Of a stretch of 64,000 bases of DNA, positions 14,246-31,055 are shown one piece after another. A program made the translations under genes and the position numbers. The DNA comes from Eledone cirrhosa. Taxonomy: Eukaryota. The stretch spans positions 6,696,001 to 6,760,000 of the forward strand of contig OZ024759.1 in NCBI GenBank assembly GCA_964016885.1, given 5' to 3'. The notes under the pieces were generated by a model, which worked only from the letters and a program-made list of their open reading frames with translations, was not told the origin of the DNA and made no database searches. Numbering within the stretch: position 1 is the stretch's first letter; the number at the start of each line of letters is the position of its first letter.

Positions 14246-16590
14246 TACGTATTTAAGAAAGCCACAACAATGCAGAGGGAAATCTCGAGGTAGGAAGTGA
14301 AAGATAGATAGGAAAAACAGGTGAAAGTGAAAATTGAGAGAGACAAAGATGAAAACAAAACAAAGGTAGAAGGGTTGCCGTAGTAGAGATTTAATCCCAA
14401 TATTTCGGGCTCACGCCCATCAACGGGGGAAAGTTCCAAAAGGGGGGGAACAGGCCAAGCGGAGAAAGTTGTGATGTCGTTAAGACAGGAATGCCGTTAT
14501 GGGGAGAAAAATTATTTAAAATTTAAACGAGGGAAAGAATGCACGTGCGCGTGATAGGCGGTGGCAAAAGCTACTGACCAAATGGGTTAAATCAAGAGGG
14601 TGCGCTAGCGTGTGAAAGCCGTAAGATATGTGTGTGTAAATATATATGTGTGTGTAACTGTGTGTGTATAAGTGTAAGTGTGTATATGTGTGTGTGTGTG
14701 TGAAAGATAGTGGGCTGTAGAAGCTGGAAATCAAAGGGTGTGAAAGGTGGTAGGTTGTAAAACATGTGTGCGTGTATAAATATAGATGTGTGTGTGTAAG
14801 CGTATGGGTATACATGTGTGTGTAACTGTGTGTGTATATGTGTGAGTGCGTTTGTGTGTGAAAGATCGTGGGCTGTAGAAGCTGGAAATCAAAGGGTGTG
14901 AAAGGTGGTAGGTTGTAAAAACATGTGTGCGTGTATAAATATAGATGTGTGTGTATGCGTATGGGTATGCATATACGTGCGTGTGTGTGAAGATAGCAGG
15001 CCGTAGGCTGTGAATGGTCACTATGGTTAAGTTAGCCATGTCAGCTCATTTCTCTCAGCCCGGTTGTTAAGTGGGGGTCTGAGGTTCTTAATAACAAGTG
15101 CTTCCTTTATCCTTAAGGATCCGATGCTGCGTTCAGTCGCTAGGACTGTGACCAAGGGTCTACCCTGTGGGTTTCCGCATTTAAGGATGTGTTTACGGAA
15201 GGAAGATGCGTTGGTGTTGATATGTTCCTTGATACGAACATGTAGGGGTCGGATGGTGCTACCTATGTAAAACTTGTTACATTTATCGCATTGAATCTTA
15301 TATACGACATAGGTGCGTAGGCAATCTGCCCCCCGTATCGGACAGTTGCTGAGGGAACACGTCCCATCTGACTCGTCGGGTTTGTTGGAGAGGCATCTTC
15401 GCAGCGAAGGTCCTGTGTGGGCCAAATGTATGTCAAGTCCCTCCGTCCGTATGGCCCTGCGGATGGCGTTCGTGGTATATTCACTCAGGTGGGGGATTTT
15501 AAAGAAGCACCTGCTATTATTTAATTTTCTAGTGGGTGTCTGTCTATTGGGTCTGGGGTCTCTAATTCCGTTAATCAGTCGCTTGGGATAACCATTAGAT
15601 CTGAGTAGATTACGGAATTGTGTGGTATGGGTGGTCTCACCCATACCACACAATTCCGCGGATCCTTAAGGATAAAGGAAGCACTTGTTATTAAGAACCT
15701 CAGACCCCCACTTAACAACCGGGCTGAGAGAAATGAGCTGACATGGCTAACTTAACCATAGTGACCATTCACAGCCTACGGCCTGCTATCTTCATACACA
15801 CGCACGTATATGCATACCCATACGCATACACACACACATCTATAGTTATACACGCACACATGTTTTTACAACCTACCACCTTTCACACCCTTTGATTTCC
15901 AGCTTCTACAGCCCACTATCTTTCACACACAAACGCACTCACACATATACACACACAGTTACACACACATGTATACCCATACGCTTACACACACACATCT
16001 ATATTTATACACGCACACATGTTTTACAACCTACCACCTTTCACACCCTTTGATTTCCAGCTTCTACAGCCCACTATCTTTCACACACACACACACTCAC
16101 ACATATACACACTTACACTTATACACACACAGTTACACACACATATATATTTACACACACATATCTTACGGCTTTCACACGCTAGCGCACCCTCTTGATT
16201 TAACCCATTTGGTCAGTAGCTTTTGCCACCGCCTATCACGCGCACGCGCATTCTTTCCCTCGTTTAAATTTTAAATAATTTTTCTCCCCATAACGGCATT
16301 CCTGTCTTAACGACATCACAACTTTCTCCGCTTGGCCTGTTCCCCCCCTTTTGGAACTTTCCCCCGTTGATGGGCGTGAGCCCTAAATATTGGGATTAAA
16401 TCTCTACTACGGTAACCCTTCTACCTTTGTTTTGTTTTCATCTTTGTCTCTCTCAATTTTCACTTTCACCTGTTTTTCCTATCTATCTTTCACTTCCTAC
16501 CTCGAGATTTCCCTCTGCATTGTTGTGGCTTTCTTAAATACGTATTTTACACATTTCACAATGCTTCAAGCAAACTTTAACACCCTCATA
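14246..16590. mobile_element. 5'-truncated Penelope-like element with inverted arms, in (TA)n
   Basis: Minus arm 14246-15633 and plus arm 15659-16590 are reverse complements over about 880 bp. A variant HHR-like motif (CCGTTGAT GGGC gtga GCCC GAAA TATT) is on the minus strand near 14395-14430. Confidence 0.88.
15027..15633 (-). pseudogene. PLE ORF C-terminal fragment (RT thumb end + GIY-YIG endonuclease)
   Basis: LRSNGYP, CSLSNCPI, VVYKIQCDKCNKFYIGSTIRPLHVRIKEH, IKEALVI and LN motifs. Confidence 0.85.
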
Positions 16591-16605
16591 TATAATTATA
16601 TATAT

Positions 16606-16773
<168 letters not shown>

Positions 16774-17514
16774 AGATTTGAATGGATACAGTTTAGTTGA
16801 AAGGAATTTATTGACACGTGTTTCTATAACAGTTACATAACCTAAAACAGCTATCTACAAACTTTTAGTTATGCAGACATTCAATATTTCAATGTTATTG
16901 TTTACTGTCATTTCATCAGAATAATATTACTGAGGACCTATTTAGTTTTTATAGAGAATATTAGGAGGAAGGGGTGAAGTTGTTAGAAGAATAGTTGAAG
17001 GAGTGGTTTTTCGATAGCAGTGAGAATTCTTGGTGGCAGTGATTAATTAGATTCCCATCTGTTGTTTTGACATTTTTTATAGAATATATTATTGGTTATT
17101 TTTCTAAATCTATAGAAGGATTAGAGATAGTAAAGATATGCGTGGTTGGTTTTGTGTTTGCACTTAACATTCAGACTTAAATTTTTCTTTCAAGTGTACG
17201 TATTCTTTCACCCACGCATTCACACACAAATATATTTGCACACCTCTACAAAATACATATACTCACAATTCACATATTCATACTTACATATATATACACA
17301 TGCATACACATATATATACACACATGTATTCATGTACATACATACGCGCTCATGTGTATACATTTTCATACTCAACTTATCTTTATATATACACACGTAT
17401 AGACACACACATATATACATACATACTCTAGTCCATGTGTACACACATACACATACATACACATCCATATACACATACATACATACACATATATATATAC
17501 ATATATACATATAC

Positions 17515-17561
<47 letters not shown>

Positions 17562-17978
17562 CATATATACACACATATACACACACACACCCATATATAT
17601 ATATATATATAAGCACTTTAATACATGAATACACTTACATCTAACTATACACATCAAACATATATATATATTTACTTATTTATATACATTTTCACATATA
17701 TATACATACTTATGGACGTTTTTAGACACATTCATTATCGCATATTTGTACCTATTCTCATCAGCATATCTTTTCATTATTAGTATGGTAATTTAAGGTT
17801 ATTAATATATGTTGAAAAGAGATTGTTTTTATATTTTTCTAACTAGATTAAGGTTTATATAGTTGGGGGATGTCCCTCTTTTATGTAATATTCGGCTTGT
17901 AGTGGGAAAAAAGGGTTTTAGTTCTGTGACGGCAGAATAATGTTCGTTCAATTCTGTTATTCAGCAGTTTCTTCTTGT

Positions 17979-18568
17979 ACATAAAAAAGATCAATACTAG
18001 AAGGTTAAACGAAAACACTAAGAACTTAAGTACAAAGAACCCCCAAAAAACAGTAGACAATACACTACAGAACATAAATAAACCACACCTAAGTTCGTCC
18101 GCAATACTACTCCAGAGAAAACCCAACGTACACAACTGTAACTGCACCTATCCTGACAACTGCCCCCTCGGCAATAACTGCCTGGAAAAAAATATTATTT
18201 ATAAGTGTACCATTAAATCCGGAGGCAACGAGTGGTATTACGTGGGATCAACGGCAACATCGTTTAAATCTCGATTGTATAGGCATTCTTACTCAATAAA
18301 ACACCAGAGCCAAAGAAATGTAACAACTTTAGCAGAGAAAGCTTGGACGCTCAGGGATAGCAATCAAAAGTTTACCCTAAAATGGGAAAAATTAGCTAAA
18401 ACCCAAAGCTTTTCCAGGAGCCAAAATTTCTGCAAATTGTGTAATCTTGAGATTTATTACATAATCACACACAAGAAGAAACTGCTGAATAACAGAATTG
18501 AACGAACATTATTCTGCCGTCACAGAACTAAAACCCTTTTTTCCCACTACAAGCCGAATATTACATAA
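17979..18568 (+). pseudogene. Duplicated GIY-YIG-coding 3' part of the PLE ORF within the upstream pseudo-LTR
   Basis: Translation is identical to the C-terminus of 19844-22165. Confidence 0.88.
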
Positions 18569-18887
18569 AAGAGGGACATCCCCCAACTATATAAACCTTA
18601 ATCTAGTTAGAAAAATATAAAAACAATCTCTTTTCAACATATATTAATAACCTTAAATTACCATACTAATAATGAAAAGATATGCTGATGAGAATAGGTA
18701 CAAATATGCGATAATGAATGTGTCTAAAAACGTCCATAAGTATGTATATATATGTGAAAATGTATATAAATAAGTAAATATATATATATGTTTGATGTGT
18801 ATAGTTAGATGTAAGTGTATTCATGTATTAAAGTGCTTATATATATATATATATATGGGTGTGTGTGTGTATATGTGTGTATATATG

Positions 18888-18931
<44 letters not shown>

Positions 18932-19520
18932 AGTATATGTATATATGTATATATATATGTGTATGTATGTATGTGTATATGGATGTGTATGTATGTGTAT
19001 GTGTGTACACATGGACTAGAGTATGTATGTATATATGTGTGTGTCTATACGTGTGTATATATAAAGATAAGTTGAGTATGAAAATGTATACACATGAGCG
19101 CGTATGTATGTACATGAATACATGTGTGTATATATATGTGTATGCATGTGTATATATATGTAAGTATGAATATGTGAATTGTGAGTATATGTATTTTGTA
19201 GAGGTGTGCAAATATATTTGTGTGTGAATGCGTGGGTGAAAGAATACGTACACTTGAAAGAAAAATTTAAGTCTGAATGTTAAGTGCAAACACAAAACCA
19301 ACCACGCATATCTTTACTATCTCTAATCCTTCTATAGATTTAGAAAAATAACCAATAATATATTCTATAAAAAATGTCAAAACAACAGATGGGAATCTAA
19401 TTAATCACTGCCACCAAGAATTCTCACTGCTATCGAAAAACCACTCCTTCAACTATTCTTCTAACAACTTCACCCCTTCCTCCTAATATTCTCTATAAAA
19501 ACTAAATAGGTCCTCAGTAA

Positions 19521-19570
19521 TATTATTCTGATGAAATGACAGTAAACAATAACATTGAAATATTGAATGT
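19521..19570 (+). ncRNA. Candidate minimal hammerhead in the PLE pseudo-LTR (also about 23121-23170, and minus about 16878-16927)
   Basis: CTGATGA-AATG...CATT-GAAA-TATT; stem I pairing is weak. Confidence 0.45.
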
Positions 19571-19843
19571 CTGCATAACTAAAAGTTTGTAGATAGCTGT
19601 TTTAGGTTATGTAACTGTTATAGAAACACGTGTCAATAAATTCCTTTCAACTAAACTGTATCCATTCAAATCTTTCTATTTTTCTCCGGATTACTTTTGG
19701 AACTACAACTGGAACCGTCGAGCAAACTCTACGTGAGCTGATAATCTACTGTGTGTAATATTTATATTACAACACAACGGAAAAAACTGTATATTTACCT
19801 CCTGTAAAGTCGAGCAACCCACACAGCAAACGCAACCACAACA

Positions 19844-22165
19844 ATGGAAAAACACTACCTGGATATGTCACTCAAAAACATACCAACCCAAGGTAGAAAG
19901 GAATATTTATTGAGCATGATTCAAAAAACTAATGAATTCATTCGACGTGTCAGGTGGAAAACGCTCCACTATGATAGAAGCCGTATGAACTCAACATTAG
20001 AAAGTGGTGTAAACAAAAAATTCGGTTTTAGGACTTGTAAAAACCCACCCACCAACCCACTATTAGATGCATTTGAGCAGGACCTTATGAACTTAATCCT
20101 TAAAATTAAATTCAAAGGACGCAACACCAACAGCAAATTACAGAAAGATATAAAAAAACTACTGGACGACCTTAAAAACACCAAAGGAATTGTAGTAAAA
20201 GCGGACAAAACATCAAACCTGTACACTATGGATTGCACTACATACAACAACTTCATTCGAAAAGAATTACATAAAAAATATAGAAAAACGAGTGAAGTAA
20301 CCCTTAAGCACATCAATGATGAGGCATGCGAAATAGTGAAAAATCTCGGAATCGAAGATAGGACAGGACCACTCTTACCGGCGGTACCCACTTTCAATCT
20401 TAAGGACCACAAGGTAAACTTTGATAATGACCCTAAAATTAGATTAATCTGCCCCTCTAAATCAGATATAGGTAAAATAAGCAAATATATCTTAGATAGA
20501 ATCATCCCCCAAATTAAGGCTAAGGTTAACATTAAACTCTGGGGGAAGACCCAAGAAGCAATAAGATGGTTTAATAGCATTAGCAATAAGAATAAATCTA
20601 AGTTTATCCAGTTTGATATCGATGAATATTACTCATCGATATCACCTGAAACTTTGAATAGAGCCATTAAGTTTGCTAAGGATAACTCCGACCTTACAAA
20701 CGATGAAATTAAGATTATATTAGAAGCTAGGAAAACTATAGTCAAATTTGAGAACAGTTATTGGGTACGTAAAGATAGACCCTCTAACTTTGACATAACA
20801 ATGGGCTCTAACGATTCAGCGGAAATAACTGATATTGTGGGGTTATTTATCGCCTTTAGACTCCAGGAAAAATTCAGCAATCTCCACGGCGGAATATACC
20901 GCGACGATGTTCTCCTCCTAGCTAAAAACCTTAATAACCAAAAACTAGAAAAACTACGCAAAGATATAAGAAAACTACTACTCGAAATAGGACTAACTAT
21001 AACATATGAATACAACCTTAAAGTAGTTAACTTCCTGGATGTCACACTCAATTTAAACTCTGGTTTGATTAAACCGTTTCATAAATTGAATGAAAATCTC
21101 AAATACGTAAATGTTGGGTCTAACCACCCCATCTCTATAATTAAATCTATCCCTAAAAATATTTCCCTTAGAATCTCGGGTCTATCTTCTAACATACAAG
21201 TATTTAAGGAACACGCCGAGTACTACGATAACGCCCTTAGTAAAGCAGGCTACCTCAACAAAATAGAGTACATAGATGGGAACAATCAAAACACCCAAAA
21301 TAAATCCCACATAGGTAGATATAATAACACAACACCAAACCACACTTACCACCATAGTATGCACACCAGTAAACCAACAAACAAAACTAATAGAAAGCGA
21401 TGCAAAGAGTACTTATGGTATAACCCCGAATACAATAGCTCCATTAGTACAAATTTACCAGTACTCTTCTTTAAAATAATTAAAAGACATTTTCCCACAT
21501 CACACAAATACCACAAAATCCTAAACCCTACCACTATAAGACTGTCATACTCTACAGCGTTAAACCTTGAACAACACATAAAAAAGATCAATACTAGAAG
21601 GTTAAACGAAAACACTAAGAACTTAAGTACAAAGAACCCCCAAAAAACAGTAGACAATACACTACAGAACATAAATAAACCACACCTAAGTTCGTCCGCA
21701 ATACTACTCCAGAGAAAACCCAACGTACACAACTGTAACTGCACCTATCCTGACAACTGCCCCCTCGGCAATAACTGCCTGGAAAAAAATATTATTTATA
21801 AGTGTACCATTAAATCCGGAGGCAACGAGTGGTATTACGTGGGATCAACGGCAACATCGTTTAAATCTCGATTGTATAGGCATTCTTACTCAATAAAACA
21901 CCAGAGCCAAAGAAATGTAACAACTTTAGCAGAGAAAGCTTGGACGCTCAGGGATAGCAATCAAAAGTTTACCCTAAAATGGGAAAAATTAGCTAAAACC
22001 CAAAGCTTTTCCAGGAGCCAAAATTTCTGCAAATTGTGTAATCTTGAGATTTATTACATAATCACACACAAGAAGAAACTGCTGAATAACAGAATTGAAC
22101 GAACATTATTCTGCCGTCACAGAACTAAAACCCTTTTTTCCCACTACAAGCCGAATATTACATAA
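19844..22165 (+). CDS. PLE polyprotein, 773 aa: reverse transcriptase + C-terminal GIY-YIG endonuclease
   Basis: KADKT, LKDHK, FDIDEYYSSI, TMGSNDSAE, GIYRDD, NFLDVTL, SNHP. Then CNC..CPL..C linker, IIYKC..YYVGST, CKLCNLE and CRH. No stops. Confidence 0.93.
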   Translation: MEKHYLDMSLKNIPTQGRKEYLLSMIQKTNEFIRRVRWKTLHYDRSRMNSTLESGVNKKFGFRTCKNPPTNPLLDAFEQDLMNLILKIKFKGRNTNSKLQKDIKKLLDDLKNTKGIVVKADKTSNLYTMDCTTYNNFIRKELHKKYRKTSEVTLKHINDEACEIVKNLGIEDRTGPLLPAVPTFNLKDHKVNFDNDPKIRLICPSKSDIGKISKYILDRIIPQIKAKVNIKLWGKTQEAIRWFNSISNKNKSKFIQFDIDEYYSSISPETLNRAIKFAKDNSDLTNDEIKIILEARKTIVKFENSYWVRKDRPSNFDITMGSNDSAEITDIVGLFIAFRLQEKFSNLHGGIYRDDVLLLAKNLNNQKLEKLRKDIRKLLLEIGLTITYEYNLKVVNFLDVTLNLNSGLIKPFHKLNENLKYVNVGSNHPISIIKSIPKNISLRISGLSSNIQVFKEHAEYYDNALSKAGYLNKIEYIDGNNQNTQNKSHIGRYNNTTPNHTYHHSMHTSKPTNKTNRKRCKEYLWYNPEYNSSISTNLPVLFFKIIKRHFPTSHKYHKILNPTTIRLSYSTALNLEQHIKKINTRRLNENTKNLSTKNPQKTVDNTLQNINKPHLSSSAILLQRKPNVHNCNCTYPDNCPLGNNCLEKNIIYKCTIKSGGNEWYYVGSTATSFKSRLYRHSYSIKHQSQRNVTTLAEKAWTLRDSNQKFTLKWEKLAKTQSFSRSQNFCKLCNLEIYYIITHKKKLLNNRIERTLFCRHRTKTLFSHYKPNIT

Positions 22166-22484
22166 AAGAGGGACATCCCCCAACTATATAAACCTTAATC
22201 TAGTTAGAAAAATATAAAAACAATCTCTTTTCAACATATATTAATAACCTTAAATTACCATACTAATAATGAAAAGATATGCTGATGAGAATAGGTACAA
22301 ATATGCGATAATGAATGTGTCTAAAAACGTCCATAAGTATGTATATATATGTGAAAATGTATATAAATAAGTAAATATATATATATGTTTGATGTGTATA
22401 GTTAGATGTAAGTGTATTCATGTATTAAAGTGCTTATATATATATATATATATGGGTGTGTGTGTGTATATGTGTGTATATATG

Positions 22485-22530
<46 letters not shown>

Positions 22531-23385
22531 AGTATATGTATATATGTATATATATATGTGTATGTATGTATGTGTATATGGATGTGTATGTATGTGTATG
22601 TGTGTACACATGGACTAGAGTATGTATGTATATATGTGTGTGTCTATACGTGTGTATATATAAAGATAAGTTGAGTATGAAAATGTATACACATGAGCGC
22701 GTATGTATGTACATGAATACATGTGTGTATATATATGTGTATGCATGTGTATATATATGTAAGTATGAATATGTGAATTGTGAGTATATGTATTTTGTAG
22801 AGGTGTGCAAATATATTTGTGTGTGAATGCGTGGGTGAAAGAATACGTACACTTGAAAGAAAAATTTAAGTCTGAATGTTAAGTGCAAACACAAAACCAA
22901 CCACGCATATCTTTACTATCTCTAATCCTTCTATAGATTTAGAAAAATAACCAATAATATATTCTATAAAAAATGTCAAAACAACAGATGGGAATCTAAT
23001 TAATCACTGCCACCAAGAATTCTCACTGCTATCGAAAAACCACTCCTTCAACTATTCTTCTAACAACTTCACCCCTTCCTCCTAATATTCTCTATAAAAA
23101 CTAAATAGGTCCTCAGTAATATTATTCTGATGAAATGACAGTAAACAATAACATTGAAATATTGAATGTCTGCATAACTAAAAGTTTGTAGATAGCTGTT
23201 TTAGGTTATGTAACTGTTATAGAAACACGTGTCAATAAATTCCTTTCAACTAAACTGTATCCATTCAAATCTTTCTATTTTTCTCCGGATTACTTTTGGA
23301 ACTACAACTGGAACCGTCGAGCAAACTCTACGTGAGCTGATAATCTACTGTGTGTAATATTTATATTACAACACAACGGAAAAAA

Positions 23386-23458
<73 letters not shown>

Positions 23459-23465
23459 TATATAC

Positions 23466-23574
<109 letters not shown>

Positions 23575-23721
23575 ATGAGCAATAAAAAAGGGAGGGGTAG
23601 GGAGGACTTTGTAAACTAAAGACGTTGGAATGCTATTAAAAATGTAAAGTAAGGGGTAACAACAACTACAATTATATATATATCATCACCATTTTACGTC
23701 CGCTTTATATATATATATGTG

Positions 23722-23778
<57 letters not shown>

Positions 23779-23781
<3 letters not shown>

Positions 23782-24230
23782 TATTAAGTTGTTAAACAAT
23801 ATTCGATGATTATGTCAAATAACGAGTTTTACAATAGATTGGAAGCACTCAACAGAAATTAATTTTCAGGAGTTATTAATATTAAAATATAAGTATTAAT
23901 AAAATAGATGTTCTTTTGATCAATTACCTTTTATTATACATATTTCGGAGGTACAACAGTACGTCCTCATCAGACAAAATGTAATGATACATGACATACC
24001 CTGAGATGCTAAATGGTTGAGATTTAATCAAGGTAGTTGATTAAATCTTAACCATCTTGATTAAATCTTAACTACCTTGATTAAATTTTAACCATTTAAC
24101 ATCTCAGGGTATGTCATGTATCATTATATTTTTGTCTGATGAGGACGTACTATTGTACATCCGAAATATGTATAATAAAAGGTAATTGATCAAAAGAACA
24201 TCTATTTTATTAATACTTATATTTTAATAT
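23779..24230. mobile_element. Short fold-back PLE-type insertion with an HHR on each arm
   Basis: Arms about 23879-24038 and 24068-24230. Plus-strand CTGATGA GGA..GTAC..GTAC..TCC GAAA TATG TA at 24136. Confidence 0.75.
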
Positions 24231-24249
24231 ATATATATATATATATATG

Positions 24250-24369
24250 CTTAATATAGAAATGGCTTCTACAGGACTAGAACTGTTTCATTCGAGGGTG
24301 GGGGGGTATTTATACTCTGCTATGTATTGAATACCTTACTGTGGTTACCTCCGATAAAACCGGGATAAA

Positions 24370-24373
<4 letters not shown>
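24250..24373. mobile_element. Tiny two-armed remnant of the PLE family at 52820-56610
   Basis: Left part matches 52826-52866; right part matches 56543-56610. Confidence 0.6.
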
Positions 24374-24428
<55 letters not shown>

Positions 24429-24697
24429 AGGGAGTGTAACTTGGAGTTACTGCAGGTCCACCCGAGAGAGCACTCAATGTTTAGGTTCACTTCTGTGTCG
24501 AGGTGTAGAGCTAGACAGAGTGTATTATATTGAAAAGATAACAAGGAAGATTGGTTACCCCTTCATTACATTTATTGATTGGCGACGCGCGCCTCGCCAC
24601 CGATCAGTCCAAGGCTCGATCTGTATCGATCCTACCTGACGCTGTAATCTGCAGCTCGACGGCCCTCTTAAAGTGCTAGTAGAAAATGAATACATGC

Positions 24698-24875
<178 letters not shown>

Positions 24876-24891
24876 GGAGGTGAGTTTTATT

Positions 24892-25728
<837 letters not shown>

Positions 25729-25729
25729 A

Positions 25730-25775
<46 letters not shown>

Positions 25776-25782
<7 letters not shown>

Positions 25783-25942
25783 AGAACAGAAGATGGTTAA
25801 AGGAGTTCCATGTATTTTATTATGCGCATTTCAAAAACAAACATCATCATGCAATAATATTTATGTTTTCATCAAATAAAACAGGAGGACATGATATGAA
25901 GGCTAAAAAACACTTGTGGATAGTGCAGTTTTAAATCAACAT

Positions 25943-25947
<5 letters not shown>
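25776..25947 (-). mobile_element. Short HHR-bearing pLTR fragment (GAAATGCGCATA family)
   Basis: Homologous to 27474-27807, 34390-34690, 52565-52733 and 57478-57645. Confidence 0.7.
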
Positions 25948-25993
<46 letters not shown>

Positions 25994-26072
25994 AGATAAA
26001 TCTACCAAGAGTTTACGGTAGTGTCCAATCCGTATGAAGAACTCAATGTAATCCGGATATCATGGAAAGAAG

Positions 26073-26219
26073 ATTATTTCTGAAGACGGCATATATATGT
26101 GTTGGTATGTATATTAAATTTGATAGTTTGTATAATTTTGTATAATTTTGTACATAGATCTGTTAAATATGCATGCCAATTCTAACACATATATGTCCTA
26201 GAAACGATCGTTAAATAAT
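26073..26219 (+). ncRNA. Type I hammerhead with a roughly 114-nt stem II
   Basis: ATTATTT-CTGAAGA-[long hairpin]-GAAA-CGATCG-TT-AAATAAT. Confidence 0.65.
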
Positions 26220-26300
26220 GAACTTTTTTTGTTTAATATAAGGAACTGTTTCATTGTATTATTCATTATTTTTTTAATATTTTATATATATATATATATA

Positions 26301-26641
26301 TGGAGGCACATGGCTTAGTGGTTAGAGCATTGGCCTTGCAATCGAAAGGTTGTGAGTTCAATTCTCAGACCAGATGATGTGTTGTTTCCTTGAGCAAGAC
26401 ACTTTATTTCACATTGCTCCAGTTTACTCAGCTGTAGAAATGAGATGATAGGGACTTGGTTCCCTATCATTCCACTGCAAAGTGGTCGTGGAGGTGCCAC
26501 GGCAAAAAAGCAGCCAGCACTCACTGTAAATGAGGTTGGTGTTAGGAAGGGCATCCAGCTGTAGAAATCAAGCCAGAATCAGTTCCCGTCCCACCCTTGC
26601 AAGCAGGGAAAAGCGGACGTAAATGACGATGACGATGATGA
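26301..26641 (+). mobile_element. tRNA-derived SINE with RTE-like (GAT/GAC)n tail
   Basis: A box TGGCTTAGTGG, B box GAGTTCAATTC, central TCCTTGAGCAAGACACTT, and 3' AGGAAGGGCATCCAGCTGTAGAAA...GACGATGATG. Confidence 0.8.
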
Positions 26642-26654
26642 TATATGTGTGTAA

Positions 26655-27392
<738 letters not shown>

Positions 27393-27418
27393 ATTTATAT
27401 ATATATATATATGTGTGT

Positions 27419-27995
<577 letters not shown>

Positions 27996-27998
27996 GTA

Positions 27999-28135
<137 letters not shown>

Positions 28136-28654
28136 TGTTATATACATATATATATATTGTTATATTTGGGGAGGGTCATATTGTTATAATATTGCCAGAA
28201 ATAATAATAAAACACACTCATTGTTATATATATATTTATATATATATATATATACACACACCCATAAACACATACATATACATACACACACATATACAGA
28301 CCCACAAAGATATACATATATATACATGTACATATATATACCCCAACAGAGAGAGACATACATATATACATCAACAAAGAGACATACATATATACATGTA
28401 CATATATACACCCAGCCACAGAAATATATATATACACATATACACTCACCTACAGAGACATACAATATATATATATATATATTCACCAACGGAGACATAC
28501 AGTATACATATATATATATATACACATATATATATATACACACATCCATAACCCCCCCCCCCCCCACCCCGGACATTTTGCCAACTAAGCTATAACAACA
28601 GCAGCCGACACTGACGACATCTAGCGGTTATTTTTTGCTTACATTTTATTTTAC

Positions 28655-29377
28655 TACTGCTGTTGTTGTTGTTGTTGTTGTTGTTGTTGGTGTTGGTGGT
28701 GGTGGTGGTGGTGATGGTGGTGGTGTTGATGGTGGTGGTGGTGGTGATAGTGATGGTGGTGGTGGTGGTGGTGGTGGTGGCGGTGGTGGTGGTGTTGATG
28801 GTGGTGGTGGTGATGGTGGTGGTGGTGGTGGTTGTGGTGTTGATGGTGGTGGTGGTGGTGGTGGTGGTGTTGGTGGTTGGTGGTGGTGTTGGTGGTGGTG
28901 GTGTTGGTGGTGGTGGTGTTGGTGGTGTTGGTGGTGGTGGTGTTGGTGGTGGTGGTGGTGGTGGTGTTGATGGTGGTGTTGATGGTAGTGGTGGTGGTGG
29001 TGGTGGTGGTGGTGGTGGTGGTGGTGGTGGTGGTGGTGGTGTTGGTGGTGGTTGGTTGTGGTGGTGGTGGTGGTGGTGGTGTTGGTGGTGGTGGTGGTGG
29101 TGGTGTTGATGGTGGTGTTGATGGTAGTGGTGGTGGTGGTGGTGGTGGTGGTGGTGGTGGTGGTGGTGGTGGTGGTGGTGGTGGTTGGTTGTGGTGGTGT
29201 TGGTGGTGGTGGTGTTGGTGGTGGTGGTGGTGGTGGTGTTGATGGTGTTGGTGGTGGTGGTGTTGGTGGTGGTGGTGGTGGTGGTGTTGGTGGTGGTGGT
29301 GTTGGTGGTGGTGGTGGTGGTGGTGGTGGTGGTGGTGGTGGTGATGGTGGTGGTGTTGGTGGTGGTATTGGTGGTGG

Positions 29378-29462
<85 letters not shown>

Positions 29463-29515
29463 GGTGGTGGTGGTGGTGGTGGTGGTGGTGGTGGTGGTTG
29501 CGGTGGTGGTGGTGG
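28655..29515. repeat. (GGT)n/(GTT)n microsatellite
   Basis: Directly visible. Confidence 0.95.
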
Positions 29516-29558
29516 AGTTACTCCTTGTGGGTATGATGACGATGATGTGGATGATGTT

Positions 29559-29667
<109 letters not shown>

Positions 29668-29999
29668 TCATACGTTCGTGATATTGATACGCAATTGTCT
29701 GTATATAAATATCTATTTGCATGCGTGTATGTAATTATATGTGTGGCTACATGTGTGTGTGTGTGCGTGTATGTGTGTATTTATGTATGTATGTGTGTAT
29801 GTATGTGTGTGTGTATGTATGTATGTGTATGTATGTATGTATGTATGTATGTATGTGTGTGTGTGAGTAATAGTATAGGTGCCTGAGTCCTTTTTTACAA
29901 AATGGGTACACACACACACACACACACACACATACACATATATATGTACATATACACACACATATACCTACATATCATGCGCATATACATCCACTCACT

Positions 30000-30762
30000 T
30001 ACACAAATACACACACATACACACATTAACACACACACATACACACTAACACTCTAACACACACACTAACGCACACACATACACACACACTAACGCACAC
30101 ACATACACACACTAACGCACACACATACACATACTAACACACACACATACACACATACACACACACACACACACTAACACACATACATACACACACTAAC
30201 ACACACATACACACACACTAACACACATACACACACACATACATACACACACTAACACACACATACACATACTAACACACACACATACACTAACACACAC
30301 ACATACACACACCAACACACACATACACACACTAACACACACACACATACACACACTAACACACACACATTCACACACCAACACACACATACACACACTA
30401 ACACACACATACACACACTAACACACACATACACACACTAACACACACATACACACATACACACACTAACACACACATACACACACTAACACACACACCA
30501 ATACACACATACACACACCAACACACACACACACACACTAACACACACATACACACACTAACACACACACACACACACATACACACATACACACACTAAC
30601 ACACACATACAAACACTAACACACACATACACACACATATACACACTAACACACACATACACACACCAACACACACACACACACACACCAACACACACAT
30701 ACACACACCAACACACACATACACACACCAACACACACCAACACACACACACACACACACAC
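30000..30762. repeat. CA-rich compound repeat (CTAACACACACATACACA-like)
   Basis: Directly visible. Confidence 0.9.
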
Positions 30763-30909
30763 TCATGTTTAGTTGTTTACAAAATTAGAAATTTTAACCA
30801 AACTGTCACACCCATATATAATACTTTACAATGTGTGTATATAATTGTGTATATAAGTACATATGTATGTGTGTATGTATATATGTATGTATATACATTT
30901 TTATATACG

Positions 30910-30959
<50 letters not shown>

Positions 30960-30999
30960 ATGCATTTAGATATATGTATGTATATACATTTTTATATAC

Positions 31000-31053
<54 letters not shown>

Positions 31054-31055
<2 letters not shown>

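Noticed and set aside
26301-26390. tRNA gene
   Set aside because: A and B boxes continue into a SINE body and tail, with no complete cloverleaf.
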